From: Deltaproteobacteria bacterium
GTDB taxonomy: Bacteria > Desulfobacterota > DSM-4660 > Desulfatiglandales > HGW-15
Length of the DNA stretch: 64,000 nt
NCBI GenBank assembly: GCA_016930795.1
Contig: JAFGFY010000004.1
Coordinates: 16,421-80,420 of the forward strand
Reading direction: 5' to 3'
Made by a program: the position numbers and the translations under genes. Positions 1 to 7,721 of the stretch are shown piece by piece. The stretch's first letter is position 1. The number at the start of each line of letters is the position of its first letter. Under the pieces are notes generated by a model. That model was not told the DNA's origin, searched no databases, and saw only the letters and a program-made list of their open reading frames with translations.

Positions 1-113
1 TCCATGTTGACAACCATGATCCTGTAAGGGATAGAATCTAGGATAAGTTGTGTATGGTTCTTGTCTTTTTTTCGAGAATCCGTTCCCTCTATTCCTAATT
101 TCGTCTTTTCCAT
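1..113 (-). CDS. 5' part of a gene running off the window start; probable PAS-domain sensor N-terminus
   Basis: Not in ORF track. ATG at 113 gives MEKTKLGIEGTDSRKKDKNHTQLILDSIPYRIMVVNM with no stop to the window edge; 'ILDSIPxxIMVV' resembles the start of a PAS fold. Confidence 0.45.
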   Translation of the reverse strand, partial: MEKTKLGIEGTDSRKKDKNHTQLILDSIPYRIMVVNM

Positions 114-236
114 CTGGGCTGCAACCGTCCAGCAGCTAAACCGCGAGGCGCGAAGAATCGACGAATGGCCAAAGAAGCTCGGTTTCCGCCGGCTGGCGAT
201 ATTAAAGCTGATGATAAGCCTCCTGCTTCCACCTCC

Positions 237-494
237 TTACAACGTTTCCTTATCTAACCGCGAAACAAGCTTTTGTTCAAGGTCCCTGATAATGTCCTCA
301 AGACGAGGAGTGACCTGGATAGGCCCCGAATTGTTCCATCCCTTAACCAGAGCTTCCTCTTTTTTCTCCTTAAACACCTCAATGCTGGAAGCCATGGTCT
401 TCCACAAAAACAGCTTTTGGAGAATATGCCGCTCAGGGGCAGTCAAATCGGTCTCCGTATCATATGTTTTTCCGTCTTTGGTGGTTATGATCAC
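237..494 (-). CDS. Small hypothetical protein
   Basis: ORF 237..518; GTG at 494 gives MIITTKDGKTYDTETDLTAPERHILQKLF; globular-looking composition, same strand as the upstream operon. Confidence 0.6.
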   Translation of the reverse strand: MIITTKDGKTYDTETDLTAPERHILQKLFLWKTMASSIEVFKEKKEEALVKGWNNSGPIQVTPRLEDIIRDLEQKLVSRLDKETL

Positions 495-600
495 AATGAA
501 AAAGCAATAAAGTATCAAGTGTGAAAAAACTGGCGTGATATCTTAAGGGACAACTGCTGAAGAATTCAAGAAAAAAAGCCTTCTGTCAAGGATGGTGTTA

Positions 601-1533
601 TCAAACCTTGGGCCTGGGAAGGAGACCGGCTCTCTCTGCGATCTCCGGAACCTTGTGTTCCCATTCAATGGCCATGAGATGGACACCAGCTACGCCTTCC
701 ATCTCTTTGAATTCTTCAATCTGCTCGAGCGCGAATTTGATGCCTTCTTCGGCTGTTTTCCCTTTTCCCGCTCCTCTCAATCTATTGATCAGAGATTCGG
801 GCACATCCATTCCAGGGACCGCTTTGGCCATATACTGGGCCATACCGACGCTCTTCATGGGGGTGACTCCAGCCAGGATATAGCATTTCTCGTGGAGACC
901 CATATCGACCGCCTTTTTCATAAAATCCCTGAAGAGATCCATATTATAAATGCATTGGGTCTGAATGAAATCCGCCCCCGAGGCAATTTTCTTTGCGAGT
1001 CGGTATACCCGGAATTCAGTGGGATCTGCAAATGGATTAGAGGCAGCCCCTATAAAGAGCCTGGGCGCGACATCAAGCTCCTCCTCATTCAAGAATTTGC
1101 CCTCGTCCCGCATCTTTTTGGCTAAGGCAATGAGCTGCATGGAGTCTATGTCAAAGACGTTCTTGGCCTGGGGGTGGTTCCCGAAACGCTGGTGATCGCC
1201 GGAAAGACAGAGCATGTTTCGGATACCCACGGCATAGGCGCCCAGGATATCACTCTGTATGGCCAAACGGTTCCGATCCCGGCAGACCATCTGAAAATTG
1301 GGCTCAATCCCTTCTTGTATCAATATCGCGGAAGCGGCCCAGCTGGACATTCGAACCACTGCTGTCTGGTTATCGGTGATATTAACCGCATCGACCATCC
1401 CTTTCAGGTGGGCAATCTTTTCCTTGAGATGATCTATATTCGCACCCTTTGGGGGACCGCATTCGCCGGTAAAGGCAAAGTGCCCGGCACTGAGGACCTT
1501 TTCAAGATTGCTTCCAGATTTCAGATCGTTCAT
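601..1533 (-). CDS. metF: Methylenetetrahydrofolate reductase (MetF)
   Basis: MTHFR motifs TGECGPP, VNITDNQTA, CRDRNRLAIQSD, LSGDH, GADFIQTQ; ATGA overlap with metV. Confidence 0.93.
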   Translation of the reverse strand: MNDLKSGSNLEKVLSAGHFAFTGECGPPKGANIDHLKEKIAHLKGMVDAVNITDNQTAVVRMSSWAASAILIQEGIEPNFQMVCRDRNRLAIQSDILGAYAVGIRNMLCLSGDHQRFGNHPQAKNVFDIDSMQLIALAKKMRDEGKFLNEEELDVAPRLFIGAASNPFADPTEFRVYRLAKKIASGADFIQTQCIYNMDLFRDFMKKAVDMGLHEKCYILAGVTPMKSVGMAQYMAKAVPGMDVPESLINRLRGAGKGKTAEEGIKFALEQIEEFKEMEGVAGVHLMAIEWEHKVPEIAERAGLLPRPKV

Positions 1534-2198
1534 TCTACCAGTCCCTCCTTAACACTCTTTCTGGGCCCGCCGTCCCTTGAGGTCTGCCAATCTTTAGCTG
1601 GTGTTATCCGGAGTAGATCCTCCAGACGGCCCTGTTCCATTTTCTTTCTCACAATCATATCCCATACGCAGTCCACTTCCTTGGAGATCTCACATTTTCC
1701 CTTGGACGAACCGCCACAAGGCCCATTGAGGAGGCTTTTTGAACAACGAGCAATGGGGCATAAGCCGCCGGTCAGGTGGAGGATGCAGTCACCGCACATG
1801 AGACATCGCTCAGCAAAGAGACCCGGCCTTTCAACGACGCCGATGAAAGTGGTATTGAGTCCGGGCAGAATGATCTTCTTCGGCCATTTCTCGGCGGTAA
1901 ACTGGACCCCGGCCCCACAGGCGATAGAGAGGACGGCATCGGCCCATTCGATCTGTTCGTTTGCGGAATCAAAGAATTCGTGTTCACACTGCCGTTCGAT
2001 TCCCCTGTTCTTGATCTCCATCTCTAGGCCTTCCTGTTTGGCCTTCATCCTTAACATGGAGGCCAGGATCTCTGCTTCCTTATTCCCTCCTTCGTGGCAG
2101 ATAGCCACGCAGGTATTGCATCCGAAGATCAAGACCTTCTTATATTCCTTGATCATGTCCCAGATGACTTCAAACGGTTTTTGTTTACCGACAATCAT
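1530..2198 (-). CDS. metV: MetV, Cys-rich partner subunit of MTHFR
   Basis: GCNTCVAICHEGG, ERQCE, ACGAG, CLMCGDC, CPIARCSKSLLNGPCGG; directly upstream of metF. Confidence 0.88.
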   Translation of the reverse strand: MIVGKQKPFEVIWDMIKEYKKVLIFGCNTCVAICHEGGNKEAEILASMLRMKAKQEGLEMEIKNRGIERQCEHEFFDSANEQIEWADAVLSIACGAGVQFTAEKWPKKIILPGLNTTFIGVVERPGLFAERCLMCGDCILHLTGGLCPIARCSKSLLNGPCGGSSKGKCEISKEVDCVWDMIVRKKMEQGRLEDLLRITPAKDWQTSRDGGPRKSVKEGLVE

Positions 2199-2204
2199 CT
2201 TGAT

Positions 2205-2708
2205 TTACTCCTTTCCAGAGTGCTTGGATTCCGCAAGCCGAATAGGGGAGGGGCCCAGCTTTTTGATCTTCTCTGTAAACTCGGTACAGATTTCTGCCCA
2301 TCTAGGTCCCATGGCTGCGGAAAGGTTATACATCTCAAGCCGTTCAGGATCGATGTCAACCTTTACTAATAGAGTCTTAAGATAGTCAATCGTCTTTCTG
2401 GCGTTTGTATTTCCTTCCAGGAAATGACACTGTCCGGGCAGTCACCCGGCAGCAAATACGCCGTCAATGCCTTTCTCGAACGCCCGAAGAATATAAATAT
2501 GGTCCAGCTTTCCCGTGCAAGGGAGCCTGATGATTTTCACGTTTGTAGGATAGGAGAGCCGCATGACGCCGGATAGGTCCGCGGCCGCAAAGGCGCAATA
2601 GTGGCAGGCAAAGGCCAGGATGTTGGGCGACCAGTCCGAAGGGATATCGTGAGTCTTTTCCACGGAGGAGACACCCTCTTGTGCCACGGCTGAAGCTTCT
2701 TCTGTCAT
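2205..2708 (-). CDS. mvhD: MvhD/FlxD-type [2Fe-2S] subunit, selenoprotein (UGA at codon 89 read as Sec), 167 aa
   Basis: AFACHYCA, IRLPCTGK, DGVFAAG-TGA(2444..2442)-LPGQCHFLEGN; frame stays open to TAA at 2207..2205 with the typical MvhD C-terminus (PERLEMYNLSAAMGPRWAE); SECIS-like hairpin follows the UGA. Confidence 0.92.
2406..2429 (-). promoter_or_regulatory. Bacterial SECIS-like stem-loop
   Basis: UGU-C-AUUUCC-[UGGAA]-GGAAAU-ACA starts 12 nt after the UGA; 9-bp stem with G at loop position 2. Confidence 0.7.
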
Positions 2709-2724
2709 ATTCTATCTCTTCTCC

Positions 2725-5700
2725 CTACATATTCATTCCATCTGCGAGCGTATCTATCATGGCCAATATTTGCTCATCTTTAAAATTGTTGACCTGAAAT
2801 GCCTTGGCCGGACAGATACTCGCACAGATTCCGCATCCCATGCATTTGACCTCATTGTGGCTCACCTTCCCCTCCTCGTCGATATAGGGGGAACCATAGG
2901 GACAAAGCCTGAAGCACGTGAGACATGACATACACATATCCCGATTGTGCTTGGAGATGATCCCGGAAACGGCCAGTTTGTCTTGAGACAGGATGACACC
3001 GGCGCGGCCGGCAGCGGCCATGGCCTGGGAAATGGTCTCATCCAGGTTTTTAGGGGCATGCGCCAGCCCACATAGGAAGATGCCCTCGGAGGGGAAGTCT
3101 ACGGGGCGAAGCTTGACATGAGCCTCCAACAGGTAGCCCTCCGGATTGCATGTCAGTTTGTAAATTTTGCCGACCTCTTCTGTTGTCGGGTGAGGTCGGA
3201 GGCCTGTGGAAAGCACCAGCCAATCCGCTTCAAACTCGACATCTCGGCTGAGCATGTAATCGAAGGCCTTGATTCGAAGTTTGTCTTCTGAGACCTCCAC
3301 CTGGGGTTTCCTCTCGGGAATGTAGTTTACAAAGATCACACCCAAATCGCGTGCCTTAGAGTAGTAGGTTTCCCTGAGACCGTATGTCCTGATGTCACGG
3401 TAGATGATGACGACCTGCGCATCAGAGGACTTTTCCTTGATGGCGATAGCGTTCTTTATGGCGTCTTGACAGCAAATACGAGAGCAGTAATTGTCAGGTT
3501 CCTCTCTGGAACCCACACACTGGATCATGACAAATTTTTCACCCGAGCGGACACCATGGCCAACTGCAAGCCTCTTTTCCAGGTTACGCTGAGTGATCAC
3601 CCTATCGTTTTCCCCGTAAAGGTACTCCGTGGGCTCATATTCGATGCCGCCAGTGGCCACGATAATGGCCCCGTGTTCAAACGAGGTCCCGTCTGTCAGG
3701 GTCGTCTTGAAGTTGCCCACAAAACCGTTGGTGGATTTGACCTCAGTGCCCGTGTGAAGGATGATCCGCGGGTGGGCCTGAATCTCATCGATTTTGGCTT
3801 TCAAAAATTCCTGTACATCGCTTTTGTCCAGTGTATAAAAGAGATTCCGAGCCAGACCGCCCAGTTCAGTCTCCCTTTCCACTATATGGACATCAAACCC
3901 CTGATCACCCAATGAAAGCGCGGCGATAATGCCGGCCACACCGCCCCCGATGACCATGGCCGCGGGAATAACGCTTACTGAATCGGTGGAGACCGGCTCA
4001 AGCAGCCTTGATTTGGCCAAAGTCATCTTGACAATTCTGATGGCCTTTTCTGTGGCATCTTCATTTTGTCCCATGTGGCACCAGGAGCATTGCTCTCGGA
4101 TGTCGGCAAGCTCGAACAAATATTTGTTCAGGCCCGCATCACGTATGGTATCCTGAAAAAGGGGTTCATGGGTGCGCGGCGTGCATGAGGCCACCACGAC
4201 CCTGTTCAGTTCTTTTTCCCTGACGAGCGCTTTGATCTTATCCTGACTATCCTGGGCGCAGGCGTAGATCACGTTCTCAGCGTGAACCACACCCTGTTCA
4301 CCCTTCACGGATTCGACCACTTGTTCCACGTCTACGGTCTGACTGATGTTGATGCCGCAATGGCATACGAAAACACCGATTCTGGCTTCTTGTCCGTTGA
4401 TGTCCGTTTCCGGCGGCAGTTCCTTGGTTACGATTTCACTGCCACGGGCCTCGCTGAGCAGTGCCATGGTCCGCCCGGCTACGGCGCTTCCCTGCATCAC
4501 AGTCTCGGGTATGTCCTTGGGGGACTGGAATATACCGCTGACAAATACGCCGTCTCGGGAGGTATCAATCGGTCGGAATTGTGTGGTTTTTGGGAAGCGG
4601 TGCTCATTGAGTTCGATATCAAAGGTCTTGGCCAGATCTTTAACATCCGAATGAGGCTGAAAGCCTATGGACAGAACGACCAGGTCAAATGTTTCATCCA
4701 CTAACGTCCCGTCCTCCTTGGCGTAACGCAATATCAGATTGCCTGTGCCGGGTTCTTCTCGGACCGCAGAGACCATGGCCCGCTGGTATTTGACGCCGTA
4801 ATCGTTTTTGGCGCGATCTACATACTTGTCAAAATCCTTGCCAAAGGCGCGAAGCTCCATATAAAAGATAGTGGGAGCAATATGGTCATCATGTTCTCTG
4901 GCAATGATGGCCTGCTTGGTGGCGTACATGCAGCAGACCGAGGAGCACCAGGGGTTGGCGTTGTGCCGGTCTCGGGATCCCACGCATTGTATCCACGCGA
5001 TTCTTTCGGGATGCTTGCCGTCCCCGGGACGCTTCACTTCTCCCCGGTATGGGCCTGAGGCAGAAAGGATGCGCTCAAACTGGATGGACGTTACCACATT
5101 GGGCCAACGACCAAATCCCAATTCCTGTCGGACCTTGGCGTCATAACGGTCAAGACCGGGGGAGAGAATGATGGCGCCAACCTTGAGCTCGATCTCCTCT
5201 TCCTGCTGATCAAAGTCAATGGCACCTGCTTCGCACAGCTTTTCGCAGGCCCTGCATTTACCTTTTTGGAAGAATATACAATTGTCTTTGTCGATGACAC
5301 GGGTGCTGGGAACGGCCTGAGGAAAGAGTGAGTAAATGGCCTTACGTTCAATAAGGCCCTGCTCGTATCCGCTGATGACCTTTTTAGGACATTTCTGCTC
5401 GCACAGCCCGCAACCCGTGCATTTCGCTGAGTCCACGTAACGCGGATGTTGCACTACTCTGACCGTGAAGTCCCCCGGTTTCCCCTCAACTGATAGAACC
5501 TCGGCAAAGGTATGGATATCAATGTTTAGGTGCCTCCCAACCTCCACCATCTTGGGTGATATCATACACATGGCGCAGTCACCGGTGGGAAAGGTCTTGT
5601 CCAGCATAACCATGGTCCCACCGATGCTTGAGTCTTTCTGGACCATGTGTACCTTAAAGCCGGCTTCAGCAAGATCGAGAGCTGACTGCATCCCGCCCAC

Positions 5701-5766
5701 ACCGCCGCCTGCGATCAGGACCGACCCTCTTACTCTTTTATCGCTTGAGGAGGAACTATTACTCAT
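2725..5766 (-). CDS. hdrA: Large HdrA-family FAD/Fe-S protein with two flavin-binding halves (1013 aa)
   Basis: Two GGGxxG motifs (GGGVGG, GGGVAG), LDKTFPTGDCAMC, two IQCVGSR...CSxxCC motifs, VFVCHCG, inserted and C-terminal ferredoxin CxxCxxCxxxC motifs. Confidence 0.92.
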   Translation of the reverse strand: MSNSSSSSDKRVRGSVLIAGGGVGGMQSALDLAEAGFKVHMVQKDSSIGGTMVMLDKTFPTGDCAMCMISPKMVEVGRHLNIDIHTFAEVLSVEGKPGDFTVRVVQHPRYVDSAKCTGCGLCEQKCPKKVISGYEQGLIERKAIYSLFPQAVPSTRVIDKDNCIFFQKGKCRACEKLCEAGAIDFDQQEEEIELKVGAIILSPGLDRYDAKVRQELGFGRWPNVVTSIQFERILSASGPYRGEVKRPGDGKHPERIAWIQCVGSRDRHNANPWCSSVCCMYATKQAIIAREHDDHIAPTIFYMELRAFGKDFDKYVDRAKNDYGVKYQRAMVSAVREEPGTGNLILRYAKEDGTLVDETFDLVVLSIGFQPHSDVKDLAKTFDIELNEHRFPKTTQFRPIDTSRDGVFVSGIFQSPKDIPETVMQGSAVAGRTMALLSEARGSEIVTKELPPETDINGQEARIGVFVCHCGINISQTVDVEQVVESVKGEQGVVHAENVIYACAQDSQDKIKALVREKELNRVVVASCTPRTHEPLFQDTIRDAGLNKYLFELADIREQCSWCHMGQNEDATEKAIRIVKMTLAKSRLLEPVSTDSVSVIPAAMVIGGGVAGIIAALSLGDQGFDVHIVERETELGGLARNLFYTLDKSDVQEFLKAKIDEIQAHPRIILHTGTEVKSTNGFVGNFKTTLTDGTSFEHGAIIVATGGIEYEPTEYLYGENDRVITQRNLEKRLAVGHGVRSGEKFVMIQCVGSREEPDNYCSRICCQDAIKNAIAIKEKSSDAQVVIIYRDIRTYGLRETYYSKARDLGVIFVNYIPERKPQVEVSEDKLRIKAFDYMLSRDVEFEADWLVLSTGLRPHPTTEEVGKIYKLTCNPEGYLLEAHVKLRPVDFPSEGIFLCGLAHAPKNLDETISQAMAAAGRAGVILSQDKLAVSGIISKHNRDMCMSCLTCFRLCPYGSPYIDEEGKVSHNEVKCMGCGICASICPAKAFQVNNFKDEQILAMIDTLADGMNM

Positions 5767-6638
5767 ATTAGGTTCAACTCCTTCAGGAGGCCAATTGTAT
5801 CCACAAAATGCCTGTCGATTTGTAGCTCTTCAGGGGATTTATCCATGGCCACTCCAATCAACTCGGTGATGAAGTAGACCGGCATGTCCTGATCGATGTC
5901 GTATTTTTGTTTCATTTGTTCCTGATATGCATCAAGGTTAAGCTGGCACATGGGGCAAGTGGTGACAAAACAGTTGGCTCCTCTTGCAACGGCGTCCTTG
6001 AAGATCTTCGACATGAGAAGGAGCGCTGTATCGATGTCGTTAACGGTCGCGGATGCCCCACAGCAGTCGGTCTTGTAGCTCCAGTCTATGGGATTCGCGC
6101 CCAGGGCCTTGAGTACGATCTCCATGCCCTGCGGATTTTCTACATCATCGGGCACGGGCACATCATATGGGAACCTGGTCTGCAGACATCCATAGTAACA
6201 TGCAGGTTCTAAACCCTTGAGCTGTTTGGTCGTCTTTTCGGCTAGCTCACCGGATTCAGCCTTCGGCACCAACACCTCAAGGATACTCATAATTCTAATG
6301 TTGCCTTTTACCTTCTTGGTCAACTCCGCATTGATCTCATCCTTCAGTCTATGGTTAGACGCAAGCCTATGTTGCGCGACCAGCATCCGGCTGTAGCAGG
6401 CCGAGCAGGGGATCACCAATTCGGAGAGACCGCTGTTGTCCGCAATGCCCAGGTTCCGTGCGGGCATGGCAACGGATAGGAAGTCGTCGGTCTTGCTGGC
6501 AGAGGTGGCACCGCAGCAATTCCAGTCTTCGAGTTCGTTCAGGTTTATTCCCATTTCCCCTAGGACCAACTTGGTCTGTATGTCATAGATCTGACTCGAT
6601 GCGTGTAATGTGCATCCAGGATAATAGGCTATTTCCAT
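5763..6638 (-). CDS. hdrB: HdrB-family CCG-domain subunit
   Basis: YYPGC, WNCCGA, PCSAC, YYGC, DCCGA, TCPMC; ATGA overlap with hdrA. Confidence 0.92.
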   Translation of the reverse strand: MEIAYYPGCTLHASSQIYDIQTKLVLGEMGINLNELEDWNCCGATSASKTDDFLSVAMPARNLGIADNSGLSELVIPCSACYSRMLVAQHRLASNHRLKDEINAELTKKVKGNIRIMSILEVLVPKAESGELAEKTTKQLKGLEPACYYGCLQTRFPYDVPVPDDVENPQGMEIVLKALGANPIDWSYKTDCCGASATVNDIDTALLLMSKIFKDAVARGANCFVTTCPMCQLNLDAYQEQMKQKYDIDQDMPVYFITELIGVAMDKSPEELQIDRHFVDTIGLLKELNLI

Positions 6639-6656
6639 TATGTTCCCTCACTCACT

Positions 6657-7277
6657 TCAGACTCCATCAGCGGCTCGCTTTTTTGCTTTCTTGAGAAGGC
6701 GCTTGAGATCTGAAAGGTGTTTGACCTTTTGGATCCCGAAATGCATGCGCTTTTTCTTGGTCATACGCAGGCCGAGTTTCGCCTGGAGCATGGTCTCTTT
6801 GAATATTTCTCTGAACTTGAAGTGTATGAGGTCGTGGAAGGCGTTCTTTATTTCATAGAGACCCATGAATTCGATTTCATTGAGCCTTCCCAAGTGGTTG
6901 GCTGCGGTGCAGAAGGATTTGTGGAAGGCAGCGACCTTTGGAAGGAGTGGATCCAGATGTTCCTCTTTGGACATATGTTTGAGGGTCTCGATGATCTTTG
7001 CAGTCTGTATTTCGTTTGGGCAGCGGGTGCCGCAGGTATAGCATGACACGCACTTCCAGACTAGTTTATTGCTGAGGGCCTGTTCCCGGTCGCCAAGCAG
7101 TATCATTCGGATCAAACGGTCAGGCGTGACATAGCCGGTTTCTTCCCCCACAGGACATCCTGCGGCACATCGTCGGCATTGATAACAGGCGGTGATGTTC
7201 TGTTCCGAACGCGACATGACCTCATGGATAAATGCTTGTGTGTTTTCGTGTTCGTAATCTAAGACAGGAAGCGCCAT
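6657..7277 (-). CDS. hdrC: HdrC-family 2x[4Fe-4S] subunit
   Basis: CYQCRRCAAGCP and CVSCYTCGTRCP; first gene of the hdrCBA run. Confidence 0.9.
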   Translation of the reverse strand: MALPVLDYEHENTQAFIHEVMSRSEQNITACYQCRRCAAGCPVGEETGYVTPDRLIRMILLGDREQALSNKLVWKCVSCYTCGTRCPNEIQTAKIIETLKHMSKEEHLDPLLPKVAAFHKSFCTAANHLGRLNEIEFMGLYEIKNAFHDLIHFKFREIFKETMLQAKLGLRMTKKKRMHFGIQKVKHLSDLKRLLKKAKKRAADGV

Positions 7278-7487
7278 TTAAGTATTCCTTGGTCCCTTAT
7301 GATTCTCCAAGCCTAATTCACGAAATCTTTCACGATCGCCCTTTTTTACATTTCGAACCATGAGATGCCTATCTCATATTCGGTTTATTTCTATTTCAGG
7401 ATGTAGTGGGGTATAGATCCGAAGAGGGGCCATCTCTAGCTCGATCTGGGGATTTCCATCAGCCTGAAAGGGGGCGGAGATTCGAAT

Positions 7488-7505
7488 TTGTGAAATAATT
7501 AACAT
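7488..7505. promoter_or_regulatory. Rex-like operator
   Basis: TTGTGAA-ATAA-TTAACAT versus Rex consensus TTGTGAA-N4-TTCACAA (2 mismatches); overlaps the predicted -10/+1 of the hdrC promoter. Confidence 0.55.
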
Positions 7506-7529
7506 GCCATTTCAGAGGCCATGTGTCAA
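7501..7529 (-). promoter_or_regulatory. Predicted sigma70 promoter of hdrCBA-mvhD-metVF
   Basis: Minus strand TTGACA (7529..7524), 17-nt spacer ending TGG, CATGTT (7506..7501). Confidence 0.45.
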
Positions 7530-7663
7530 GGGGAAAATTCTTCCGGGCATGATCTGCATTGGATTGCTGGTTTGTCACGTAACATTCTGGAATCTAATAT
7601 CATATTCCGTTTAGGGCTCAAAGGGAAGGACCCCAAGAGTTTTTTTTGGACAAGATTTTGTTG

Positions 7664-7693
7664 TTGACCTCCTGCGCTAGCGTCTGGTACAAA
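7664..7693 (+). promoter_or_regulatory. Predicted sigma70 promoter of the membrane Hdr genes
   Basis: TTGACC (7664..7669), 18-nt spacer, TGn-extended TACAAA (7688..7693). Confidence 0.4.
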
Positions 7694-7721
7694 AGTCAAC
7701 CAAACCCTCCAGCTTGCGGAG

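Noticed and set aside
195-225. Fluoride or ZTP riboswitch (AAGCTGATGA, CTGGCGA)
   Set aside because: The 5' GGnGATGGnGTTCnCC helix of the fluoride motif and the GTGG/CCAC-GGGGAGC core of ZTP are absent, and no plus-strand gene follows.
1174-2385. 403-aa plus-strand ORF and the many other antisense ORFs over real genes (e.g. 61..510, 592..1125, 17425..18279, 25986..26861)
   Set aside because: They are shadows of well-supported opposite-strand genes and have no recognisable motifs.
2442-2708. 88-aa truncated mvhD or pseudogene as given by the ORF track
   Set aside because: The UGA aligns with a conserved Cys, the frame continues with MvhD sequence and a SECIS-like hairpin follows.
2725-5766. 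HdrL (NADH-binding GltD-type insertion)
   Set aside because: No GltD-like insert is visible; the extra length is a second HdrA-like half.
7394-7469. SAM-I riboswitch in the hdrC leader
   Set aside because: Only GAGATGGCCC resembles it; AUC-P1, GCAACC and GGUGCnAAUUCC elements are missing.
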